Below, in pieces: positions 1 to 9,527 of a stretch of DNA of 64,000 bases (position 1 is the first letter of the stretch; every line of letters starts with the position of its first letter). Where the stretch lies: the IMG/VR virus record IMGVR_UViG_3300020165_000007, positions 1-64,000 of that record. The stretch is one strand, 5' to 3'. The notes below the pieces were generated by a model. The model saw nothing but the letters and a program-made list of their open reading frames with translations, made no database searches and was not told the DNA's origin. The position numbers and the translations under genes were made by a program.

Positions 1-688
1 CTGAACTACCTGACGTTCCACTACTTCCTGAAGAACCTGACGTTCCACTACTTCCTGAAGAACCTGATTCTCCACTTGAACCTGAAGAACCTGATGTTCC
101 ACTACTTCCTGAAGAACCTGATGTTCCACTACTTCCTGAAGAACCTGATTCTCCACTTGAACCTGAAGAACCTGATGTTCCACTACTTCCTGAAGAACCT
201 GATGTTCCTGACGAACCTGAACTACCTGATTCTCCACTTGAACCTGATGAACCTGATGTCCCACTACTTCCTGAAGAGCCTGACGTTCCTGAAGAACCGC
301 TACTTCCGCTAGTTCCTGATGAACCTGATGTTCCACTAGAACCTGACGTTCCTGATTGTCCCGTTCTTATCCATTGAGTACCATCGGTTTGAAGTTGGAT
401 GGATTGTAAAGGTGTTAGTACTATATCATCTTGTGATAAGTCAATTAGTGTATCATCATCTGTACCAATAATTAGATTACTAGTTTCTGATAAATTTTTA
501 AATATATATAACTTACCTGTTAAAGTAGTCGCAGATGCCGGAATAGTTACCACAATGTTGGTACTACCGCTCGCTACAATACTGTAATCATCATCTAAAA
601 GAATATAATCACCGTCCTCATTTCTAATAGGTAACGTTATATCACCTTTAGAAACTAAACCATTCCTTATTACAAGTTCATTTGCCAT
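1..688 (-). CDS. GSS/GTS collagen-like fibre protein, partial (runs off the left edge; absent from the ORF track)
   Basis: ATG at 688 gives MANELVIRNGLVSKGDITLPI...LQSIQLQTDGTQWIRTGQSGTSGSSG..., a paralogue of the 755..4960 N-terminus, followed by Gly-X-X repeats up to the edge. Confidence 0.85.
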   Translation of the reverse strand, partial: MANELVIRNGLVSKGDITLPIRNEDGDYILLDDDYSIVASGSTNIVVTIPASATTLTGKLYIFKNLSETSNLIIGTDDDTLIDLSQDDIVLTPLQSIQLQTDGTQWIRTGQSGTSGSSGTSGSSGTSGSSGSSGTSGSSGSSGTSGSSGSSGESGSSGSSGTSGSSGSSGTSGSSGSSGESGSSGSSGTSGSSGSSGTSGSSGSSGESGSSGSSGTSGSSGSSGTSGSS

Positions 689-707
689 ATATAAATATTG
701 TTATATT

Positions 708-743
708 TTAAACTGAACCTGACGGTTGCCAGGTTCAGTTTAA
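708..743 (-). terminator. Hairpin, probable intrinsic terminator
   Basis: 14-bp inverted repeat TTAAACTGAACCTG/CAGGTTCAGTTTAA just downstream of the 755 stop. Confidence 0.6.
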
Positions 744-754
744 TAATTTTATTA

Positions 755-3700
755 TTACATATACTCACCTAAAGGGCGAACATTTATAGTAATAGTATAT
801 GTACCACTTGTTATTGTGAAGCCTAAACTAGCTACTCCGCCAGTGGAGGTTACCCTAAACGAAAGTCCTGCCGTGGAACCTCCAGCATCTCTAGTTGAGG
901 TGTCCGTAAATTGTACCGATGTACTTGTTCCGTCCCAAGCTGATAAGATTGTTCCTGTTCTTGCTCCTGTTGTAGCGTCTGTCTTTTTAACCACATAATC
1001 AATAACCATACCGTCATAATCTGACTGGTTTACAGAGTAGAATGTAGTGTTACTACTCACGACTCCCGCTTGACTAAAGGTTTTAACACCTCTAAACAAG
1101 TCAAATTGTATACAAACGTTATCTACAGGTGTATTTGAAGTGTCAACAAGTGGTGACGCGTATACTGCAGTTGGTGTTATAGTTAGTATGTTACTTGAGA
1201 ATGAAGTTCCTTCCGCATCGAATTCATAGATGATATAACTATCAGTATCATTAAGTTCTGTAATAGTTAACGTTCCACTTAACCGTCTGCCGTTAATCAT
1301 TGTGTAATACTGAGTCCAATCAACACCATCAAAGTTTGTATCAAATATTCTAATAGTACTTGCTGTTGTAATACCTCCAACAAATTGAATGTCACCGTTC
1401 GCATCGGGTACGTTAGAATCTACCTTATAAGTATTACATATTCCTTCACCTGATGTTCCTGAAGAACCACTACTTCCTGAAGTACCTGAAGAACCTGACG
1501 TTCCGCTACTTCCTGAAGAACCTGACGTTCCTGAAGAACCGCTACTACCACTAGTTCCGCTTGAACCTGAACTACCTGACGTTCCACTACTTCCTGAAGA
1601 ACCTGATGTTCCTGATGAACCGCTTGAACCTGAAGTTCCTGAAGAACCTGAACTACCTGATGTTCCGCTACTTCCTGAAGAACCTGATGTTCCTGAAGAA
1701 CCGCTACTTCCACTAGTTCCGCTTGAACCTGAACTACCTGACGTTCCACTACTTCCTGAAGAACCTGATGTTCCTGAAGAACCGCTACTTCCACTAGTTC
1801 CGCTTGAACCTGAACTACCTGACGTTCCACTACTTCCTGAAGAACCTGAAGTTCCTGAAGAACCTGAACTACCTGATGTTCCGCTACTTCCTGAAGAACC
1901 TGACGTTCCTGATGAACCGCTTGAACCTGAAGTTCCTGAAGAACCTGAACTACCTGATGTTCCACTACTTCCTGAAGAACCTGATGTTCCTGAAGAACCG
2001 CTACTTCCACTAGTTCCGCTTGAACCTGAACTACCTGACGTTCCACTACTTCCTGAAGAACCTGAACTACCTGATGTTCCGCTACTTCCTGAAGAACCTG
2101 ATGTTCCTGAAGAACCGCTACTTCCACTAGTTCCGCTTGAACCTGAACTACCTGACGTTCCACTACTTCCTGAAGAACCTGATGTTCCTGAAGAACCGCT
2201 ACTTCCACTAGTTCCGCTTGAACCTGAACTACCTGACGTTCCACTACTTCCTGAAGAACCTGAAGTTCCTGAAGAACCTGAACTACCTGATGTTCCGCTA
2301 CTTCCTGAAGAACCTGACGTTCCTGATGAACCTGAAGAACCTGATGTTCCTGAAGAACCGCTACTACCACTAGTTCCGCTTGAGCCTGAACTACCTGACG
2401 TTCCACTGCTTCCTGAAGAACCTGATGTTCCTGATGAACCGCTTGAACCTGAAGTTCCTGAAGAACCTGAACTACCTGATGTTCCGCTACTTCCTGAAGA
2501 ACCTGACGTTCCTGATGAACCTGAAGAACCTGATGTTCCTGATGAACCTGAACTACCTGACGTTCCACTACTTCCTGAAGAACCTGACGTTCCTGAAGAA
2601 CCAGATGAACCTGAAGTTCCGCTACTTCCTGATGAACCTGAAGAACCTGATGTTCCTGAAGAACCTGAACTACCTGAGGTTCCTGATGAACCACTACTTC
2701 CTGAAGAACCTGACGTTCCTGAAGAACCAGATGAACCTGAAGTTCCGCTACTTCCTGATGAACCTGATGTTCCTGAAGAACCTGAACTACCGGATGTTCC
2801 GCTACTTCCTGAAGAACCTGACGTTCCTGATGAACCACTACTTCCACTAGTTCCTGATGAACCTGAACTACCTGATGTTCCACTACTTCCTGATGAACCT
2901 GATGTCCCTGAAGAACCACTACTTCCGCTAGTTCCTGAAGAACCAGATGAACCTGATGTTCCTGAAGAACCACTACTTCCACTAGTTCCTGATGAACCTG
3001 AAGAACCTGATGTTCCTGAAGAACCACTACTTCCACTAGTTCCTGATGAACCTGAAGAACCTGATGTTCCTGATGAACCACTACTTCCACTAGTTCCTGA
3101 TGAACCTGAACTACCTGATGTTCCACTACTTCCTGATGAACCTGATGTTCCTGAAGAACCACTACTTCCACTAGTTCCTGATGAACCTGATGAACCTGAT
3201 GAACCTGATGAACCACTACTTCCACTAGTTCCTGATGAACCTGAAGAACCTGATGTTCCGCTACTTCCTGATGAACCTGATGTTCCGCTACTTCCTGATG
3301 AACCTGATGTTCCTGATGAACCTGAACTACCTGACGTTCCACTACTTCCTGAAGAACCTGACGTTCCACTACTTCCTGAAGAACCTGATGTTCCTGATGA
3401 ACCTGAAGAACCTGATGTTCCACTACTTCCTGAAGAACCTGATGTTCCACTACTTCCTGAAGAACCTGATGTTCCTGATGAACCTGAAGAACCTGATGTT
3501 CCTGATGAACCTGAACTACCTGATGTTCCACTACTTCCTGATGAACCTGAAGAACCTGACGTTCCGCTACTTCCTGATGAACCTGATGTTCCTGATGAAC
3601 CTGAACTACCTGATGTTCCACTACTTCCTGATGAACCTGATGTTCCTGATGAACCTGAACTGCCTGATGTTCCACTACTTCCTGATGAACCTGAAGTTCC

Positions 3701-4960
3701 GCTACTTCCTGAAGAACCTGATGTTCCTGATGAACCACTACTTCCGCTAGTTCCTGATGAACCTGAAGAACCTGATGTTCCTGATGAACCTGAAGAACCT
3801 GATGTTCCGCTACTTCCTGATGAACCTGATGTTCCTGATGAACCTGAAGAACCTGATGTTCCTGAAGAACCACTACTTCCACTAGTTCCTGATGAACCTG
3901 AACTACCTGATGTTCCACTACTTCCTGATGAACCTGATGTTCCTGATGAACCTGAACTACCTGATGTTCCACTACTTCCTGATGAACCTGAAGTTCCGCT
4001 ACTTCCTGAAGAACCTGATGTTCCTGATGAACCACTACTTCCGCTAGTTCCTGATGAACCTGAAGAACCTGATGTTCCTGATGAACCTGAAGAACCTGAT
4101 GTTCCTGAAGAACCACTACTTCCACTAGTTCCTGATGAACCTGAAGAACCTGATGTTCCGCTACTTCCTGATGAACCTGATGTTCCTGATGAACCTGAAG
4201 AACCTGATGTTCCTGATGAACCTGAAGAACCTGACGTTCCACTACTTCCTGAAGAACCTGATGTTCCATTGGTAAATGGTGTAAAGCAAATTACCGCTGA
4301 CCCTAAATCAAGCGACATAGGATTAGTACCTACAAAATTATTAGTTTGAATAGTAAATCTATAGTATGTTGTAGCTGACTGAACCGCCTGAGGTGTGATT
4401 GAAGTGAAATTATCACTACTATCAGTTATTGTTATTAAACCAGACTCATTTTCAAACTGAGATAATAGACTTGTAATATCAATTCCGTTTTGAGTCGTAT
4501 CAACAACGATAGCTGTGTTAGTAGGGATACTATTATCTATAGTAATATTGTTATCTGCAGGTGTGACTTGTGACCCACTAATATTGGAAATATTTGTGTC
4601 GTAACATCCAGCACCTAATGAACCTCCTGTTTCACTTATAGTTAACCAGTTAGTACCATTAGTAATGATTTGTAAACTTTCATTAACAGATAAAGTAATT
4701 GTACTTTCACCATCAATAGTATTACCATTACCATCTACAATGACTTTTTGGCTTGAATTAAAATTATTTTTTATGATTAGATTTAACCCCTCTACAGGTG
4801 TAGGTAGGGTCATCGTTCTATTCGACGAAGATGCTGTTACATCTATATAGTAATCTGTGTCCGCATCTATTGAGTAATTAGCGTCATTTATCTCAATCAA
4901 CGGTAGTCTAACACCCCCAAGGGATATTAGACCTTTTCTTAATACAAATCCATTTGCCAT
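755..4960 (-). CDS. Long collagen-like (GSS/GTS) fibre protein, 1401 aa
   Basis: Globular N-terminal region, ~940 aa of unbroken Gly-X-X, globular C-terminal region; lies in the tail-appendage cluster. Confidence 0.85.
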   Translation of the reverse strand: MANGFVLRKGLISLGGVRLPLIEINDANYSIDADTDYYIDVTASSSNRTMTLPTPVEGLNLIIKNNFNSSQKVIVDGNGNTIDGESTITLSVNESLQIITNGTNWLTISETGGSLGAGCYDTNISNISGSQVTPADNNITIDNSIPTNTAIVVDTTQNGIDITSLLSQFENESGLITITDSSDNFTSITPQAVQSATTYYRFTIQTNNFVGTNPMSLDLGSAVICFTPFTNGTSGSSGSSGTSGSSGSSGTSGSSGSSGTSGSSGSSGTSGSSGSSGTSGSSGSSGTSGSSGSSGTSGSSGSSGTSGSSGSSGTSGSSGSSGTSGSSGSSGTSGSSGSSGTSGSSGSSGTSGSSGSSGTSGSSGSSGTSGSSGSSGTSGSSGSSGTSGSSGSSGTSGSSGSSGTSGSSGSSGTSGSSGSSGTSGSSGSSGTSGSSGSSGTSGSSGSSGTSGSSGSSGTSGSSGSSGTSGSSGSSGSSGTSGSSGSSGTSGSSGSSGTSGSSGSSGTSGSSGSSGTSGSSGSSGTSGSSGSSGTSGSSGSSGTSGSSGSSGTSGSSGSSGTSGSSGSSGTSGSSGSSGTSGSSGSSGSSGSSGSSGTSGSSGSSGTSGSSGSSGTSGSSGSSGTSGSSGSSGTSGSSGSSGTSGSSGSSGTSGSSGSSGTSGSSGSSGTSGSSGSSGTSGSSGSSGTSGSSGSSGTSGSSGSSGTSGSSGSSGTSGSSGSSGTSGSSGSSGTSGSSGSSGTSGSSGSSGTSGSSGSSGSSGTSGSSGSSGTSGSSGSSGSSGTSGSSGSSGTSGSSGSSGTSGSSGSSGTSGSSGSSGTSGSSGSSGTSGSSGSSGTSGSSGSSGTSGSSGSSGTSGSSGSSGTSGSSGSSGTSGSSGSSGTSGSSGSSGTSGSSGSSGTSGSSGSSGTSGSSGSSGTSGSSGSSGTSGSSGSSGTSGSSGSSGTSGSSGSSGTSGSSGSSGTSGSSGSSGSSGTSGSSGSSGTSGSSGSSGTSGSSGSSGTSGSSGSSGTSGSSGSSGTSGSSGSSGTSGSSGSSGTSGSSGSSGTSGSSGSSGTSGSSGSSGTSGSSGSSGTSGSSGSSGTSGSSGSSGTSGSSGSSGTSGSSGSSGTSGSSGSSGTSGSSGSSGTSGSSGSSGTSGSSGSSGTSGSSGSSGTSGSSGTSGSSGSSGTSGEGICNTYKVDSNVPDANGDIQFVGGITTASTIRIFDTNFDGVDWTQYYTMINGRRLSGTLTITELNDTDSYIIYEFDAEGTSFSSNILTITPTAVYASPLVDTSNTPVDNVCIQFDLFRGVKTFSQAGVVSSNTTFYSVNQSDYDGMVIDYVVKKTDATTGARTGTILSAWDGTSTSVQFTDTSTRDAGGSTAGLSFRVTSTGGVASLGFTITSGTYTITINVRPLGEYM
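1448..4268 (-). repeat. Coding tandem repeat, 27-nt unit encoding (GSSGSSGTS)n
   Basis: Degenerate 9/27-nt periodicity with synonymous variation; Gly at every third codon. Confidence 0.95.
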
Positions 4961-5042
4961 ATTTTATTTTTTTTAGGTTCTTTTTATTTTTTATATAAAT
5001 ACTTTTATATTGTATATTGTTATCTATTTCTACCTTATATTA

Positions 5043-6590
5043 TTAGAATAATATTTCAGTTCTTATTTTAACGTCCCATATCGTACTATTGGTCGTTGTG
5101 GCCCTTAAAATTATATTACTACCACTAATTAAAGTACTAAATACTATATCATCAGTATTAAATGTACCGTCTAAAGTTGAGTAATCCGTAAATACGTTAC
5201 TACTTCCATTTTTACTTACCGCCGATAATATTTTTCCAGTTCTAAATCCGCTTGTTGATTGTTCATTTACATAATATGTGAATTCGTATGAACTTCCTCC
5301 TGTAGTTGGTAGTGAGACTAAATTATGATTACCATTTGTGGTGATAGTCGTATTAACTGATTGTTGATATGAACTACCATATTGTACACTGTTTCCAGAT
5401 ATTAATAGGTTATTAGTTATTCCGTCAAATGTTAAATTACTTTCTACACTTCCAGTACCATCACCATCATAAGTAATAACCCCATTTACTGTATCTCCAT
5501 CTAACTCTAAAAACCCTGATGTTCCACTACTTCCTGAGGAACCTGATGTTCCACTAGAACCTGAACTACCTGATTCTCCTGAAGAACCTGAAGAACCTGA
5601 CGTTCCACTACTTCCTGAGGAACCTGATGTTCCACTAGAACCTGAACTACCTGATTCTCCTGAAGAACCTGAAGAACCTGACGTTCCACTACTTCCTGAT
5701 GAACCTGATGTTCCACTACTACCTGAACTACCTGATTCTCCTGAAGAACCTGAAGAACCTGACGTTCCACTACTTCCTGAGGAACCTGATGTTCCACTAG
5801 AACCTGAACTACCTGATTCTCCTGAAGAACCTGAAGAACCTGACGTTCCACTACTTCCTGATGAACCTGATGTTCCACTACTACCTGAACTACCTGATTC
5901 TCCTGAAGAACCTGAAGAACCTGACGTTCCACTACTTCCTGAGGAACCTGATGTTCCACTAGAACCTGAACTACCTGATTCTCCTGAAGAACCTGAAGAA
6001 CCTGACGTTCCACTAGAACCTGAACTACCTGATTCTCCTGAAGAACCTGAAGAACCTGATGTTCCACTAGAACCTGAACTACCTGATGTTCCTGATGAAC
6101 CTGAAGAACCTGACGTTCCACTACTTCCTGAGGAACCTGATGTTCCACTAGAACCTGAACTACCTGATTCTCCTGAAGAACCTGAAGAACCTGATGTTCC
6201 ACTAGAACCTGAACTACCTGATGTTCCTGAGGAACCTGATGTTCCACTAGAACCTGAACTACCTGATTCTCCTGAAGAACCTGAACTTCCTGACGTTCCA
6301 CTAGAACCTGATGAACCTGATTCTCCACCCGCACCTCCTTCTTTTAATACTAAATCCGAATCTGTAATACCTGAAAAATACCAATAATTTTGTATTCCAT
6401 CTTCAGCCTCTGTTAATTGTAGTCCGTTATATGTTGTTGTACCAGTAACTATACCTACAGTTAACCCTACAAACCTATTCGCACTTACAATACTACTATT
6501 AGCGACTGTAGTGCTACTATACGGACCATATCTTGAATCGAGTGGTAAACCACCTTGTAAATCTATATTACTACTTAAAACTATTCCCAT
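5043..6590 (-). CDS. Collagen-like (GSS/GTS/GES) fibre protein, 515 aa
   Basis: N-domain LPLDSRYGPY...RFVGLTV, ~270 aa Gly-X-X, C-domain homologous to that of 755..4960 (RTG.ILSA...FTD.ST.D). Confidence 0.85.
   Translation of the reverse strand: MGIVLSSNIDLQGGLPLDSRYGPYSSTTVANSSIVSANRFVGLTVGIVTGTTTYNGLQLTEAEDGIQNYWYFSGITDSDLVLKEGGAGGESGSSGSSGTSGSSGSSGESGSSGSSGTSGSSGTSGSSGSSGTSGSSGSSGESGSSGSSGTSGSSGSSGTSGSSGSSGTSGSSGSSGTSGSSGSSGESGSSGSSGTSGSSGSSGESGSSGSSGTSGSSGSSGTSGSSGSSGESGSSGSSGTSGSSGSSGTSGSSGSSGESGSSGSSGTSGSSGSSGTSGSSGSSGESGSSGSSGTSGSSGSSGTSGSSGSSGESGSSGSSGTSGSSGSSGTSGSSGSSGESGSSGSSGTSGSSGSSGTSGFLELDGDTVNGVITYDGDGTGSVESNLTFDGITNNLLISGNSVQYGSSYQQSVNTTITTNGNHNLVSLPTTGGSSYEFTYYVNEQSTSGFRTGKILSAVSKNGSSNVFTDYSTLDGTFNTDDIVFSTLISGSNIILRATTTNSTIWDVKIRTEILF
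5513..6330 (-). repeat. Coding Gly-X-X repeat with GES roughly every 27 aa
   Basis: Near-exact ~81-nt higher-order repeats visible in the DNA. Confidence 0.9.
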
Positions 6591-6594
6591 GATA

Positions 6595-9516
6595 TTATAC
6601 TGTAGATGTTCTTAATTGCATCGACCCAAAACTTTGGGTTTCTGTTTGATAGTTACCTATGTAAATTTTATACCCTACTCCATTCCAATAACCGTCAGGA
6701 CTATCAATATTTGCAGTATCAAAGGTTTGGAATAATCCAGTTGAACCAAAGTTCCCTTTGTTTAAATCAGACACGAAATAACTCTGCTTTGTGTTATATT
6801 CTTCGAAATGTGCAAACCATAAGAACTCAGAAGAAGCATTAAATGTTATTGTTAATGTACTATCTTGGTTATTCGTAATTGATGACTTATTAGCCGTTCC
6901 TCCCGATATTGCGTCTTGAATAGAACTAATTGTTGGTTGGGTGGATGATGTACCATACCAATATGGATATACACCTGTAATCGTTCTGTTGGACGCATCT
7001 AAGTTTGTCCTGGCAGCCTGTGGGGTATTACTATTCGTTCCAAAACTTCTAGTATCGTCATTACCTTTATTGTCTTTTTTAACAACACCTGCGTCGCAAT
7101 CACCTTCCGCGTCATACGTAGTTGAACTACTTGTATTACTTCCTGTTGGTGTGGGTACTGTTAATGTTTCACTAAGTGCCGTACTAGTATATGTGTGGTT
7201 AGGGTTATTATTATTTGTAAATCCAAATTGGTCTGGTATATCAGTAGCGGACCCTTCTGTTGGTGAATTATCTGTTATAACATCGGATGAATTTTTTCTT
7301 AGTCTGATGGACGTGAACTCACCCGCATCATTCTTAGTAGCGACACCTGTAAAGTTTATACTTTCTGTAGTTCCTACCTCAAGAGTTTGACTATTTATAC
7401 CACTAGTAGTAATTGAAGGTGTTGTATATGTTGGTAATACAGTTGGGAATAGTAAGTCGTTAAATAAATCAACCATAGTTTTTCCTGTTAAATCGGCAAC
7501 TGTCGTTCCAGCCTCTATACCTCCTACATCTGCATCCATTTCTAAAGAACTCGTTAAATTAGTATTATATATTGTGTCCGCAGTATAAGGTGTTGATGTG
7601 GTTCCTGAACCTGTTATTCTCACTCCTTCACCACCTACAGTTTCACCACCTATACCTGATGTTCCTGATGAACCTGAACTACCTGATTCTCCTGAAGAAC
7701 CTGAACTTCCTGATGTTCCACTAGAACCTGAACTACCTGATTCTCCACTACTTCCTGATGAACCTGATGTTCCACTACTACCTGAACTACCTGATTCTCC
7801 ACTACTTCCTGATGAACCTGATGTTCCACTACTTCCTGATGAACCTGATTCTCCACTACTTCCTGATGAACCTGACGTTCCACTAGAACCTGAACTACCT
7901 GATTCTCCACTAGAACCTGATGAACCTGACGTTCCACTAGAACCTGAACTACCTGATTCTCCACTACTTCCTGATGAACCTGATGTTCCACTACTTCCTG
8001 ATGAACCTGATTCTCCTGAAGAACCTGAACTTCCTGATGTTCCACTACTACCTGAACTACCTGATTCTCCACTACTTCCTGATGAACCTGATGTTCCACT
8101 ACTACCTGAACTACCTGATTCTCCTGAAGAACCTGAACTTCCTGATGTTCCACTACTACCTGAACTACCTGATTCTCCACTACTTCCTGATGAACCTGAT
8201 GTTCCACTACTACCTGAACTACCTGATTCTCCACTACTTCCTGATGAACCTGATGTTCCACTAGAACCTGAACTACCTGATTCTCCACTAGAACCTGATG
8301 AACCTGACGTTCCACTACTTCCTGATGAACCTGATTCTCCTGAAGAACCTGAACTTCCTGATGTTCCACTAGAACCTGAACTACCTGATTCTCCACTACT
8401 TCCTGATGAACCTGATGTTCCACTACTTCCTGATGAACCTGATTCTCCTGAAGAACCTGAACTTCCTGATGTTCCACTACTTCCTGAACTACCTGATTCT
8501 CCACTACTTCCTGATGAACCTGACGTTCCACTACTTCCTGATGAACCTGATTCTCCTGAAGAACCTGAACTTCCTGATGTTCCACTAGAACCTGAACTAC
8601 CTGATTCTCCACTACTTCCTGATGAACCTGACGTTCCACTACTTCCTGATGAACCTGATTCTCCTGAAGAACCTGAACTTCCTGATGTTCCACTACTACC
8701 TGAACTACCTGATTCTCCACTACTTCCTGATGAACCTGATGTTCCACTACTTCCTGATGTTCCACTACTTCCTGATGAACCTGAACCTCCACCAGTAAAA
8801 CCCGTGACACTTACCGTATCACCTAAATTATTATAAAGTTCTAATGTTGAAGTTCCGCTTAAGTATGTTCCACCTGTTATTGTCGTTAATCCACTTATGG
8901 TAACCGTGTTACCACTATTTGAACTTAAGCTTAAATCTCCGGTACTATTATAATCTACAGTACCTCCCGTAACTTGCCAGTCAGTACCCCAAAATATCCT
9001 CCATCTTGCATTAGTGGCACTAACTCCATTATATCCTTCAACTGTTGAACCTGTCCAAGCGTTTAGTAAGTTTGTACCATCGGTTGTTGCGTTGGTGACA
9101 CTATATAGCCCATCTCCCGAATTATATGAAATCGACCCCGCACTGTCAGCAGCATTAAATAAACTTTCATAATTTGGTATGACATACTGATATGTTTTAT
9201 CAACTTCTCTGACGTAAACCAACATACCAATTTTTCTTCTTCCTGAAGATATCCCATCAGCCCAAAGTTTAACAGTGTCGGGTAAAAAAGATAATCCTCT
9301 TTCGACATACCTTATCGGTATGGTGTTAGCAGATAATTGTATATCTGAACCAGGACTACCGGTTAATATTAAATCTAAATCGCTTATAGTATTAACTTCC
9401 CTATAACCTCCAATATTATTAATACTAAAGTTACTACCTACATATGTTTCAGGTTGTAATGATATCGCGTCTGTATTAACTATTGACGATTTTGGAGTTC
9501 TATATTCGTATGCCAT
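6595..9516 (-). CDS. Collagen-like fibre protein, 973 aa
   Basis: N-domain with RRKIGMLVYV, ~380 aa (GESGSSGSSGTSGSSGSS)n, beta-rich C-terminal region. Confidence 0.85.
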   Translation of the reverse strand: MAYEYRTPKSSIVNTDAISLQPETYVGSNFSINNIGGYREVNTISDLDLILTGSPGSDIQLSANTIPIRYVERGLSFLPDTVKLWADGISSGRRKIGMLVYVREVDKTYQYVIPNYESLFNAADSAGSISYNSGDGLYSVTNATTDGTNLLNAWTGSTVEGYNGVSATNARWRIFWGTDWQVTGGTVDYNSTGDLSLSSNSGNTVTISGLTTITGGTYLSGTSTLELYNNLGDTVSVTGFTGGGSGSSGSSGTSGSSGTSGSSGSSGESGSSGSSGTSGSSGSSGESGSSGSSGTSGSSGSSGESGSSGSSGTSGSSGSSGESGSSGSSGTSGSSGSSGESGSSGSSGTSGSSGSSGESGSSGSSGTSGSSGSSGESGSSGSSGTSGSSGSSGESGSSGSSGTSGSSGSSGESGSSGSSGTSGSSGSSGESGSSGSSGTSGSSGSSGESGSSGSSGTSGSSGSSGESGSSGSSGTSGSSGSSGESGSSGSSGTSGSSGSSGESGSSGSSGTSGSSGSSGESGSSGSSGTSGSSGSSGESGSSGSSGTSGSSGSSGESGSSGSSGTSGSSGSSGESGSSGSSGTSGSSGSSGESGSSGSSGTSGSSGSSGESGSSGSSGTSGIGGETVGGEGVRITGSGTTSTPYTADTIYNTNLTSSLEMDADVGGIEAGTTVADLTGKTMVDLFNDLLFPTVLPTYTTPSITTSGINSQTLEVGTTESINFTGVATKNDAGEFTSIRLRKNSSDVITDNSPTEGSATDIPDQFGFTNNNNPNHTYTSTALSETLTVPTPTGSNTSSSTTYDAEGDCDAGVVKKDNKGNDDTRSFGTNSNTPQAARTNLDASNRTITGVYPYWYGTSSTQPTISSIQDAISGGTANKSSITNNQDSTLTITFNASSEFLWFAHFEEYNTKQSYFVSDLNKGNFGSTGLFQTFDTANIDSPDGYWNGVGYKIYIGNYQTETQSFGSMQLRTSTV
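7655..8790 (-). repeat. Coding 54-nt repeat (GESGSSGSSGTSGSSGSS)n
   Basis: Strict alternation of GES and GTS every 9 aa. Confidence 0.9.
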
Positions 9517-9527
9517 TTATTATATTT

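Noticed and set aside
1420-8810. Long alternative-frame ORFs (EHQVLQ... at 1420..4269, 5507..6334, 7650..8810)
   Set aside because: Gly/Ser/Thr/Glu codons never have T at position 2, so the +1 frame cannot contain stops; the ORFs coincide with the repeats and are forced shadows
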